From positions 121,094 to 185,093 of the forward strand of contig CAWBKT010000038.1 in assembly GCA_963789385.1 (NCBI GenBank): DNA of 64,000 nt, read 5' to 3'. Shown here in pieces: positions 1 to 9,158 of this stretch. Numbering within the stretch: the first letter of the stretch is position 1; each line of letters begins with the position of its first letter. The notes beneath the pieces are model-generated. The model was not told where the DNA came from, made no database searches, and saw only the letters and a program-made list of their open reading frames with translations. The stretch comes from an uncultured delta proteobacterium. Lineage in GTDB: Bacteria > Desulfobacterota > Desulfobaccia > Desulfobaccales > Desulfobaccaceae. The position numbers and the translations under genes were made by a program.

Positions 1-694
1 GAAACAGTTCCAGCTGTTCCGGGTTATTGGTGATGGTTGGTAATGCCTCCAGCCCCAAGGATTCCCGCAACTCAGTATTCACACCGACAGCCTGAGTATA
101 GCCCCGTTTGTAAATCTCGACGATTGACGGCGGCACCAGGGTCTCATCGTTGCGGCACTGCCATTGCCGGATAGACAGAATCATCTCGAACGGCATAACA
201 TTCATGGGGCACATTTCTTCACACCTGGAACAGGAGACACAGGCCCAGGGGGTATCATCCATCAGAAGATCCTCTTCCAGTCCCAGGATCACCTTGCGGG
301 CCAGGTTTCTGACCAGGAGCGCCGGATTTCCATGGGAGGCGGGACAACCGGATACGCAGGTGCTGCAGTTGAAGCAGTACTGGAGATTATCCGTGTTATA
401 AACGTCTTTCCACAAATTCTTGATTGATCCTTCTGCTAAATCTTTAGTGATCAAGTGTTTTAAGAAGAACTCCTTCATGAGCGGCCGCCAGCCAATATCC
501 GGATAATGGCCATAGAGGTTGTCGACGAAGGCGCCACCATCCGGCAGGACAACGCCCGCCTTACTCTCCACGAGGTTCAGCAGGCGGTGAGCTTCTTCAT
601 CGATCCAGGTGACATTGGCCTCACCGGAATAGAGGTTGTCGCAGGTTGCCCTGGAGATTGGTGGGCTTGACCAGGTACAGCCAGCCTTCCCCAT
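1..694 (-). CDS. HdrC-like 2x[4Fe-4S] protein; 3-prime end runs off the window and the start codon is unresolved
   Basis: The minus-strand frame is open from ~706 to base 1 with no stop. Hand translation gives ...NVTWIDEEAHRLLNLVESKAG...LQYCFNCSTCVSGCPASHGNPALLVRNLARKVILG...PWACVSCSRCEEMCPMNVMPFEMILSIRQW...VEIYKRGYTQAVGVNTELRESLGLEALP. It has two CxxCxxCxxxCP motifs spaced as in heterodisulfide reductase subunit C. In-frame ATGs at 706 and 694 overlap the upstream gene by 75-85 nt, and a GTG at 571 is an alternative. None has a clear RBS. Confidence 0.6.
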   Translation of the reverse strand, partial: MGKAGCTWSSPPISRATCDNLYSGEANVTWIDEEAHRLLNLVESKAGVVLPDGGAFVDNLYGHYPDIGWRPLMKEFFLKHLITKDLAEGSIKNLWKDVYNTDNLQYCFNCSTCVSGCPASHGNPALLVRNLARKVILGLEEDLLMDDTPWACVSCSRCEEMCPMNVMPFEMILSIRQWQCRNDETLVPPSIVEIYKRGYTQAVGVNTELRESLGLEALPTITNNPEQLELF

Positions 695-1037
695 AAGGAT
701 CGTCATGAACCAGACTGGGCTGTTGGCGAACTTTGGGATTGACGGTCTCGATGACGCCATCCACCGGGGCTTCAAAGGAAGCCTTTCTTCCCTCCTTGAA
801 CAGGGAAAGGCAGATATGGTCTTGATAAGAGGTCCTGCCGATCTCGGGCAACTTGAGTCTGTCTGCCGTGCCGATGATTTTTTGAGAGAAATCATCCAAT
901 CCAACGCGCACCTGGTCCGTTCCTTCTAACGCTACCCAGGCATGGCCCTGATGCAAATAATAGGCATCGGTGGGTACCTGAAAGCCAAAGACATCTTTCA
1001 TTTGGGGTCGTTCAATAGGTTGTTGCTGAGGCTTCAT
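621..1037 (-). CDS. glycine-cleavage-H-like (lipoyl-carrier-like) protein
   Basis: 138-aa ORF. The segments YYLHQGHAWVALEGTDQVRVGLDDFSQKIIG, FEAPVDGVIETVNPKV and DPYGEGWLYLVKP follow the GcvH fold pattern. The gene is packed between the hdrL-type and hdrC-like genes. Confidence 0.7.
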   Translation of the reverse strand: MKPQQQPIERPQMKDVFGFQVPTDAYYLHQGHAWVALEGTDQVRVGLDDFSQKIIGTADRLKLPEIGRTSYQDHICLSLFKEGRKASFEAPVDGVIETVNPKVRQQPSLVHDDPYGEGWLYLVKPTNLQGNLRQPLFR

Positions 1038-1064
1038 GACATTTTTCTCCTTAAAGGTTTTGCC

Positions 1065-4000
1065 TTAGGTCGCTTTTGCCATCTCTAAGGCCGGCGAGAG
1101 TGCTGCCATGAGCTTGGCATCGATGGCAGCCATCAACTGTTTGTCACTCCAGCCCCTGACTTCGGCCGCATTGTTCTGGCACTCAACCGCACACATGCCG
1201 CAGGCCTGGCAAGCGGCGGCATCAATATCGATGCATTTATCCGCCTCATTATAGGATCTCGCCCCATACGGACAGATGTTCACACATCTCTGGCAGCGAA
1301 TGCACAAGGCATCTTTTATCGTGGAGGTGACCGCCGCGGTATGTACCTCGCGCCCGGACAGATAACTATAGGCCTTCTGAGCCGCCGCCTCGGCCTGCAG
1401 GATGACGCTCTGCAGCGGCATGGGCGAATGGGCCGTACCGGCAAGATAAAGACCCAGCTTCTGGAACTCGATGGGGCGCCATTTTGAATCCGCTTCGGCC
1501 AAAAAACCATCCTCGGTCAAGGAAACGCCAAAGGCATCGGCAAGTTTTTGGTTCGACTCTTCCGGATCCACACCGGTGGAAAGAACCACGAGGTCAGCCG
1601 GCAGCTCTATCTCTTCCTGCAGGACCGGATCCATGACCGTGACGACCGGTTTTCCTTCGACGAACTCCACCTCCGGCTTGTCATCCAGGCTGTAATTCAT
1701 GAAAATAATCGCCGGCTGATCTTGCCTTCCCGTAATACTGCTCGTAAAAGCCATACGTCATGATGTCGCGGTAGAGAATGAAGACCCGGGCTTCAGGATT
1801 TAGCTCCTTGATTTTCAGGGCATTGGCGATCGCCCACATACAGCAGATGCGGCTGCAGTAGCGGCGGCCTTCCGGCTGCCGGGAACCGACACACTGGATC
1901 ATCACGATATTCTCGACTTCACTGATATCAATGTCGCCGCTGGCCAAACCTTTCTTCAATTCCCCCTGAGTCAGTACTGCTTCGGAAGTGCCGTAGCCAT
2001 ATTCGGTGGTGGCGCCTTCATGTCCGCCGGTGGCCATGATCGCCGCCCCGTGACGCACATAGGTGCTTTCCCCGCTATCCTTAAAGAGCAGTTTTGAATC
2101 AAAGGAGCCAAGTGTACCGATGGTTCTCTCGATTTCACAGTTTAGATGGACAGTAATATTCTTATTTTCAAGAATTTTTACCTTCATATCCGTAGCCATC
2201 GCTACGGGAGACAGTCCATCAACCGTTGCCTGCACCTGCGTGCCGAGATAGCCTCCCAGGTGGGCTTCCTTTTCCACCAGGTGGACCGGCACGCCCCGGT
2301 CGGCCAGCGACAGGGCCGCGTGCATCCCGCCGATACCGCCGCCGATCACCAGCGCCGTCTGATTGATCGGCAGCGTGCTCACCTGCAGGTCTTGCTTTAA
2401 ACTTGAGCTTTTCAATCTCCGCTTTCATGTCCCAGGCGGCCCGTAAGGTCCAGTCCCCGTTGGCGAGGATCGATCATGCCTCTCCGGGCCAGGCTGAACA
2501 AATCAAAGATCTCCACCATGGCAGAGTTGAACCCTGCCTTTCTGGCCTCATTTTTCAATTTCCGCCGGTACATGAAAGGCTGGCAGGCACCGATCAGCAG
2601 TCGATTGCAGTCTGTTTTGCCGAAAAGCTCAACGAGTTCGCTGTCGCCATCCGTCTTGCAGATGGAATCAATGATATGGATAGCACCCACTCCAGGGTAA
2701 TGTTTCAGCTCGTCGCTGAGCATGTTCATAATCAATTCCTGCTGCCCCTGGTTTTTCCCCGCACTTGCAGAGGACTACTCCCACCAGAGGCAGGTCCCGG
2801 TTATGAACGGCCGGCTCGGGAATTTCCTCTTCCCGGGTGGTGTCCACTCCCAGACTGGTCAAAAATTTGGTGGCCTCGCCCGCTGCGGAAATACCGCTGC
2901 TCATGGCCTCGCTGATATCCGTGAGTCCCATCAGAGAACCGCAGAGGAAAAGGCCATTCTGGCCGGCAACCCTGATTTTACTCGCTGTCTCGGTGGCAAT
3001 CAGACCCCGGTCATCCAAAGATATATTCAGCAGATCTGACCATTTCTTATGGGTCTCGAAAGGTACCTGCCCCGTGGACATCACCACCAGATCGTAATCC
3101 AGTTCAAAAAACTCGTTGCCTTCGGGATCGAGATAGCGCATCTGCAGATTGCCGTCAGGCTTGAGCATGACTCCCTGCACCCGGCAGCGGACAAGCTTTA
3201 CCCCATGCTCGTCAACTGCCTTGTCCCGGTACTGTTGAAAGCCTTTGCCAAAGGTCCGCATGTCCATATAGAAAATTGTCGTCTCAACCTCCGGCCCGCC
3301 TTTTTCCTTGGCCAGAACGGCCTCTTTCAGGGCAAACATGCAGCAGATGGAGGAACAGTAGTCTCTTCCGTGACGTCTGTTGCGAGAACCCATGCACTGG
3401 ATCCAGGCAATGTTTTTCGCCGGCCTGCCATCGGACGGCCGTCTGATGACGTCACCCTGATAGGTGCCGGAACCGCTCAGCATCCGCTCAAAGGCCAGTG
3501 AGGTCACCACATCCGGTGAAACGGCGTATGACTTGGCATCTTCAAATTCCTTGGTATTATAAAGTTTAACTCCCGATGCCAGGATAATGGCCTGAACCTC
3601 CCGGGTCTCAGACTCGTCCTGGGCGTCCAGATTGATTGCCCCAGTCTGGCAGACATTGACGCATTCACCGCAGCGGGTACAGGCCTGTTTATCAATGAGC
3701 AGCATCTTTGGGGTGTTATGCGGGATTGCCTGATAGACCGCCTTCCGCTTGGTCAGGCCGTGGTTAAATTCATCATCAACCTCAACCGGACAGACATTGA
3801 TGCAGTCTCCCATTTCATTGCAGATGGCGGGATCGATGAAACGAGCCTTTTTCAACAGCTCTACTTTGTAATTTCCCGCATCGCCCTGCACCGCAGTAAT
3901 TTCGGTAAACGGCAGAATTTCGATATTGTCATGAAACAGGCTTTTGCGCATGCAGTATTGCGATGCGTACTCCCGGCCCACCATGGGCAACATTCGGCAC

Positions 4001-4179
4001 ATGCCGCAATGGTCCGTCGGGAATTGGTAATCAAGTTTTGCCAGAATGCCGCCTATCTGCGGGGAATCATCAGTCAATATGACTTTATAACCGGATTCAG
4101 CCAGCTCTATGGCCGCCTTAATCCCGGAGATGCCGGCACCGGCCACCAGGACTGTGCCTGTAGGCTTATTTTCAGCCAT
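1065..4179 (-). pseudogene. HdrL-type double-HdrA flavoprotein (about 1030 aa if repaired), split into 4 ORFs as sequenced
   Basis: ORFs 2668-4179, 2412-2735, 1681-2415 and 1065-1754 read consecutively as one protein. Module 1 has VAGAGISGIKAA and QCMGSRNRRHGRDYCSSICC. The linker has VVLCKCGEKPG and MYRRKLKNEARKAGF. Module 2 has VIGGGIGGMHAA and QCVGSRQPEGRRYCSRICC. The C-terminal 2x4Fe-4S domain has CIRCQRCVNICP and CQACGMCAVECQ. Frame changes lie near 2745 (an extra G in a G-run), within 2400-2470 (at least two) and near 1750. Confidence 0.8.
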
Positions 4180-4189
4180 AATACCGCTC

Positions 4190-5321
4190 CTATTTGACCT
4201 GACCGGTCACTTCAACCAGTTCATCCGATTTGAATCCTGCCAGCGGCAGTTCTTCGTCGACCGATCGACCCGCCTGATAATCGAATCGTGCCTGCGTCTT
4301 ATCGGCACATGCCCTGAACATCGGCATCAGATCAATATCATTGGGACAGGCACTCGTGCATTGACCGCAGCCGACACAATAAAGGCTCATATGGGTCATC
4401 CGGGTCAGATGATAAAACAAAGTGTCATTGGGCAGCTTCAGCATCCCGTTCTGGTCGGCCCACATCATGTACTGCTCGCCGTTGTGCCGGAAGGTGTCGG
4501 TGACAAAAACGCATTCCTTGCAATAACAGACCGGACAGGCCACCCGGCAATTGTAGCAGTTGACACAGTTTGCCAGTTTGTCTGCCAGGGCTTCGAAATT
4601 ACCGACTTCAGCCTGGAATTCGGCCATTTTTTTATCTTTGGCCTCGGTGCGCACCGCCACCAGCTTCTTTACCGCCTCGTCCCGGCCGGATGGAGCTTGA
4701 CTCGACCCCACGCCTGCTTTCTCCAGGGCCTTCTCACCCTTTTCGGTTAAGGCTTCGATGTAGACTTCGCCGGAACCGGCTCCCATGGACAACCAAGTTC
4801 AGATCAGCATTGGCGGCTGTGGGAAATTCACAGATCTTGCAGGCTCCACAAATATCAAAATCTTGCGCGGCAGTTTTCCCGGCCAGGGCGTTTTCCAAGA
4901 AAGCTTCCGATGTCCCGCCCTGCTCCTGAAATTTGGCGAAATCAGTATTCTCATAGCGGCCCAGACAATCTGCCCCAATTAACAGGACGTCATCGAGCGT
5001 CACCTGCTTTAACTTGGAGAGTTCGACCACGGCCCGAATCTCGCAGGGGCGCAGGACCATTGCCAGGCTGCGGCCCGATGGACGTGCAGTGAGCGATGAA
5101 GCGATTTTTGCCCCGCTCACGGCCGCGACCGGGGCAAAAGGGTCCACTTGAGAGGTATGGGCCGCAGAGGTGAGGAGTGACAGCCTGACCCCCTTATTAC
5201 CCTGCGCCATCGGAGCCAGGACGGCATCAACCGCACCATTTTCCAGCAAGCCCTTGAAAAAATGGGACAGCTTTTGATTCATTTCGTCTTTCTGAAAAGA
5301 CACTTTTGCGAATTTAGCCAT
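4190..5321 (-). pseudogene. FrhB/FdhB-like plus AsrA-type Fe-S protein, one frame change near 4785
   Basis: ORF 4734-5321 (LRPCEIRAVVELSKLKQ...LLIGADCLG, FrhB/FdhB-like) continues in another frame as ORF 4190-4792 (CVNCYNCRVACPVCYCKECVF and CVGCGQCTSACPNDIDL). The join reads ADLNLV / SMGAGSGEVYIEAL. Confidence 0.65.
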
Positions 5322-5341
5322 TTTCCGTTATCTCCGTGTCT

Positions 5342-5770
5342 TTAAACCGCCATTTGACCCAAGTTCCGAAGCGGGCTTGGTCCAAGCTGTTTTAATTTTT
5401 CCGTCATTTCAACTGCCACTTCCTGCAGCATGGTTCCTTCACTGGCGGCGATCCACCGCAGCCAGAACCGGTCTTCGCCAATCCCGAACAGCTTTAGAAC
5501 CTCGGTAAGATTCGCCACCCGGCGCCGTGCCTTAAAATTGCCATTGATGTAATGACAATCTCCGGGCCAGCAGCCCCCGATCAAGACACCGTCAGCGCCG
5601 TTCAGGAAGGCCTTGATGACAAATTTTGGATCAACCATGCCGCTGCACATAACTCTGATGATCTTAATATTGGACGGGTACGAAAGACGTGAAGTACCGG
5701 CAAGATCGGCAGCGGTAAAAGTGCACCAGTTGCAAAAAAAAGCCACTATTTGGGGTTCAAACTCGCTCAT
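5342..5770 (-). CDS. mvhD: MvhD-like (methyl-viologen-reducing hydrogenase delta subunit family) [2Fe-2S] protein
   Basis: 142-aa ORF with IVAFFCNWCTFTAADLAG, IIRVMCSGMV and GADGVLIGGCWPGDCHY, the MvhD/FlpD signature. It lies directly downstream of an hdrA-type gene. Confidence 0.88.
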   Translation of the reverse strand: MSEFEPQIVAFFCNWCTFTAADLAGTSRLSYPSNIKIIRVMCSGMVDPKFVIKAFLNGADGVLIGGCWPGDCHYINGNFKARRRVANLTEVLKLFGIGEDRFWLRWIAASEGTMLQEVAVEMTEKLKQLGPSPLRNLGQMAV

Positions 5771-5783
5771 CGCATCAAACTCC

Positions 5784-8700
5784 TTAATGAAGTAAAAGAC
5801 CGTCTATTTCAGCAAAAATCTGCTTATCAGTAAAATGTCTGACTTTGGCAGCGCCGCTCGGGCAAATGCCGGAGCAGCTCCCGCATCCTTTACAAATAGC
5901 GCTGTTGACTTCGCTGATTCCGGCAAAATTATTGAATTCAATGGCCGTATAGGCGCACAGGCCTATACACAGCTGGCAGCCGACGCAGATATCAGGGTCG
6001 ATACTTGATATCATGGGAGGAATCTCGACCTGCCCCGCCGAACTCAGCGCCAGGCATTCCGCCGCGGCACCCTTTGCCTGGGCCACGGTGTCCGGAATAT
6101 CCTTCGGTCCCTGGCAGGTTCCAGCCAGGAAAACGCCGCTCGTGGGAGTGGATACGGGCGCCAGCTTCGGGTGCGACTCTTGAAAGAAACCATCCTGGCC
6201 GATGCCGATCCCGAATTTGCGCATGACGTCCGGGGCATCCGGTCTCGGTTCCATCGCCGTGCAGAGGATAACCATCTCCACCTGAATCTCGATCATGCGG
6301 CCGGATAGAGTATCTTCTCCCTTTACAGTCAGAATGCCGTCTTCGTCTTCGGTAATGGAACCGGCCTTGCCGCGGATCATCTTGACTCCTTCGGCCTGGA
6401 CCTTCTGGTAGAATTCCTCATATCCTTTGCCGAAACAGCGCATATCGATGTAGAAGTTATAGATTTCGGTATGGTGGCCGCATTTGTCTTTCAGCAGATG
6501 AGCATATTTGAGGGCATACATGCAGCAGGTGCGGGAGCAGTATTCGTGGTAATTTTTGTCCCGGCTGCCGATGCAATGCAAGATCGCCACGCTCTTGGGC
6601 GGATCGGTAAATTTCAGTGGATCTTGCAGATCACGCTTTAAGAGTTTGCCGGACGTCGGCCCGGTGGCGTTGGACAGGCGCTCGAATTCGATATTGGTGA
6701 AGACGTTCCGGTACTTGCCGTAGCCGTACTGGGTCATCTTGACCGGGTTCATGGGATCAAAGCCGGTGGCAATGATAATGGAGCCGACGTCGATGGTCTC
6801 CTTCTTATCGGTCATCTCATGATCGATGGCTCCGGCCTGGCAGGCATCGACGCAGAGCTTGCACTCGCAGCAGCCGCCGCAATCCACGCAGCGGGCCGCT
6901 TCGGCCCTGGCCTGCTCCTCGGTGAATCCCAGCTCGATTTCATCGTAATTATTGATCCTTTTGGCAACCGGCAGCATGGGCATTTCAGCCCGGGGTTGAA
7001 CCTTCACGTCTTTCGGAATCGGCTTCCAGGCATTTCCGGCCGGTTTTGGTGGCCGGTTTTCGGTAAGGTCCTCACCCTGCAGGTACTTGTCGATGGAGAT
7101 AGCCACCTGTTGTCCGGCGGCCACCGCTTCGACGGCGATGGATGGACCGGTAAAGACGTCCCCGCCGGTAAATATGCCTGGGTAGGTGGTCTCATAGGTC
7201 ACCGGATCGGCCACGATCGTTCCCCACCTGGTTAATTCGACTCCTTCCGTGCCTTCCAGAAAACCGGTGTCGACTCTTTGCCCGATGGCCGGAACAATCA
7301 TGTCGCATTCGACGTCAAATTCCGAATCGGCCACCGGGACCGGTCTTCTTCGGCCCGAGGCATCCGGCTCTCCCAACTCCATTTTGATGCAGCGCAGACC
7401 GCACACCTTACCATTTTCACTCAGGACCTCAGTGGGAGCCACCAGCAGTTCGATCTTGATACCTTCTTCCTCGGCGGCCTTGATCTCGTGTTTTGAGGCC
7501 GGTATCTCCTCTCTACTCCGCCGGTACAGCATCGTCACCTCGGAAGCGCCCTGCCTGAGGGCCTCGCGCGCCGAGTCGATGGCCACATCGCCGCCGCCGA
7601 CGATCGCCACCTTCTTGCCGGTCTGAACCGCTTCCTTCAGGTTGAGACTCCAGAGGTAATCAATGCCGCAGCAGACACCTTCGCACTCTTCGTTCTCGAT
7701 TTTCAACTTCATACTGCCCTGGGCTCCGACCGCCAGAAAGACCGCCTTAAATCCTTCCTGGAACAAACCGGCAATGGGACGATCCTGGCCGATGATGGCG
7801 TTCAGTTGAATATCCACCCCCAGCTTCTTGATGTAATTGATCTCCCGTTCCAGAATCTCAGGCGGCAACCGGTAGTCCGGTATGCCGGCGCGCAGCATGC
7901 CGCCGGCAAAGGGCGCCTGCTCGAAAACCGTGATGTGATAGCCTTGTTGGGCGAGAAAGTAAGCGGCGGAAAGACCTGCCGGACCAGCGCCGATTATGGC
8001 CACCTTCTCAGTTTCGGGCTTTTTCTCGATCTCCGGCACCGGCAGCGTCTCCCAGTCAACCTGATCCGCGGCGAACCGTTTCAACTGGCAGATGGCCAGC
8101 GGCGAATCGACATCCTGCCGGCGGCAGACCATCTCGCAGGGAGCCGGGCAGACGCGGCCAAGCGACCCGGGAAACGGCATGGTTTCCATGATTACTTTAA
8201 GTGATTCTTCATATCTGCCGGCCTTGATCAGGGCAACAAACCCCTGGATGTTGATACCGGCCGGACAGGTCTGCACGCAGGGCCCCCGATCGTATTTCTC
8301 AATGGCATAGCGGACCGGCACCGCCTGGGGAAAGGAGATATAGATGGCCTTGCGCATCTTCGTCCCCACATCCCATTCATTCGGTGACTCGACCGGACAG
8401 ACCTTGGCACAGTCTCCGCAGCCGGTGCAATTGGTCTTCACATAGCGGGAGCGCTGGTTGACATTGACTTTAAAATTGCCGACAAAGCCGCTGATGCTTT
8501 CCACTTCGCTATTGGTCATCAAGTGGATATTCTTGTCCTGGCCGACCGCCACCATTTTCGGGGTACCGATACAGGCCGCACAGTCCAGGGTCGGAAAAGT
8601 CTTGTCATACTGGAGCATGTGCCCCCCGACAGTCGGCTGCCGTTCCACCAGGTAGACCTGATTGCCTGAGCTGGCAATATCCAGGGACGCCTGCATACCG

Positions 8701-9158
8701 GCGATGCCGGCGCCGACCACCAGAGTGTTGGGATTGACCGAAAATGTGCTCGGGAAAAGCTCACTCTGATTGGTGACCCGCATCAATCCGGCCCTGACCA
8801 GGACGATCGCCTTTGCCGTCGCCTCGTCCTCGCTCTCCGTCACCCAGGACCCGTGTTCCCGGACACAGACCATGTGGAAAGCCCGGTAGGGGTTCAACCC
8901 CGCCCGTTGACAGGCAGACCGGAAGGTTTTTTCGTGCATGCGGGGCGAGCAGGAGGCCACCACCACATGGGTGAGATTAAGTTTTTTGATTTCCTTTTCG
9001 ATGAGGTCTTGTCCGGGATCAGAGCACATGAACAGATAATCATGGGAAACCACGACCCCCGGGAAGGTGGCGGCATATTTGGCCACCTCCTCCACCCTGA
9101 CCCGATAGGCAATATTGATCCCGCAGTGGCAGATGAAAAACCCGATTCGCTCAGACAT
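5784..9158 (-). CDS. HdrA-family flavoprotein with an inserted GltD/NfnB-like NAD(P)H module (1124 aa, intact)
   Basis: N-terminal Cys cluster IGFFICHCGINIA. FAD fold VVGAGIAGMQASLD. Inserted unit with GRVCPAPCEMVCRR, VAIIGAGPAGLSAAYFLAQQGY and VAIVGGGDVAIDSAR. HdrA core HCIGSRDKNYHEYCSRTCCMYALK. C-terminal ferredoxin motifs CVGCQLCIGLC and CKGCGSCSGICP. Confidence 0.88.
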   Translation of the reverse strand: MSERIGFFICHCGINIAYRVRVEEVAKYAATFPGVVVSHDYLFMCSDPGQDLIEKEIKKLNLTHVVVASCSPRMHEKTFRSACQRAGLNPYRAFHMVCVREHGSWVTESEDEATAKAIVLVRAGLMRVTNQSELFPSTFSVNPNTLVVGAGIAGMQASLDIASSGNQVYLVERQPTVGGHMLQYDKTFPTLDCAACIGTPKMVAVGQDKNIHLMTNSEVESISGFVGNFKVNVNQRSRYVKTNCTGCGDCAKVCPVESPNEWDVGTKMRKAIYISFPQAVPVRYAIEKYDRGPCVQTCPAGINIQGFVALIKAGRYEESLKVIMETMPFPGSLGRVCPAPCEMVCRRQDVDSPLAICQLKRFAADQVDWETLPVPEIEKKPETEKVAIIGAGPAGLSAAYFLAQQGYHITVFEQAPFAGGMLRAGIPDYRLPPEILEREINYIKKLGVDIQLNAIIGQDRPIAGLFQEGFKAVFLAVGAQGSMKLKIENEECEGVCCGIDYLWSLNLKEAVQTGKKVAIVGGGDVAIDSAREALRQGASEVTMLYRRSREEIPASKHEIKAAEEEGIKIELLVAPTEVLSENGKVCGLRCIKMELGEPDASGRRRPVPVADSEFDVECDMIVPAIGQRVDTGFLEGTEGVELTRWGTIVADPVTYETTYPGIFTGGDVFTGPSIAVEAVAAGQQVAISIDKYLQGEDLTENRPPKPAGNAWKPIPKDVKVQPRAEMPMLPVAKRINNYDEIELGFTEEQARAEAARCVDCGGCCECKLCVDACQAGAIDHEMTDKKETIDVGSIIIATGFDPMNPVKMTQYGYGKYRNVFTNIEFERLSNATGPTSGKLLKRDLQDPLKFTDPPKSVAILHCIGSRDKNYHEYCSRTCCMYALKYAHLLKDKCGHHTEIYNFYIDMRCFGKGYEEFYQKVQAEGVKMIRGKAGSITEDEDGILTVKGEDTLSGRMIEIQVEMVILCTAMEPRPDAPDVMRKFGIGIGQDGFFQESHPKLAPVSTPTSGVFLAGTCQGPKDIPDTVAQAKGAAAECLALSSAGQVEIPPMISSIDPDICVGCQLCIGLCAYTAIEFNNFAGISEVNSAICKGCGSCSGICPSGAAKVRHFTDKQIFAEIDGLLLH

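Noticed and set aside
1065-4179. The frame changes might be programmed ribosomal frameshifts.
   Set aside because: I saw no slippery heptamer or downstream structure at the sites I resolved. The shifts occur in both directions, in unrelated genes and sometimes as compensating pairs. Indels (error or decay) are the simpler explanation.
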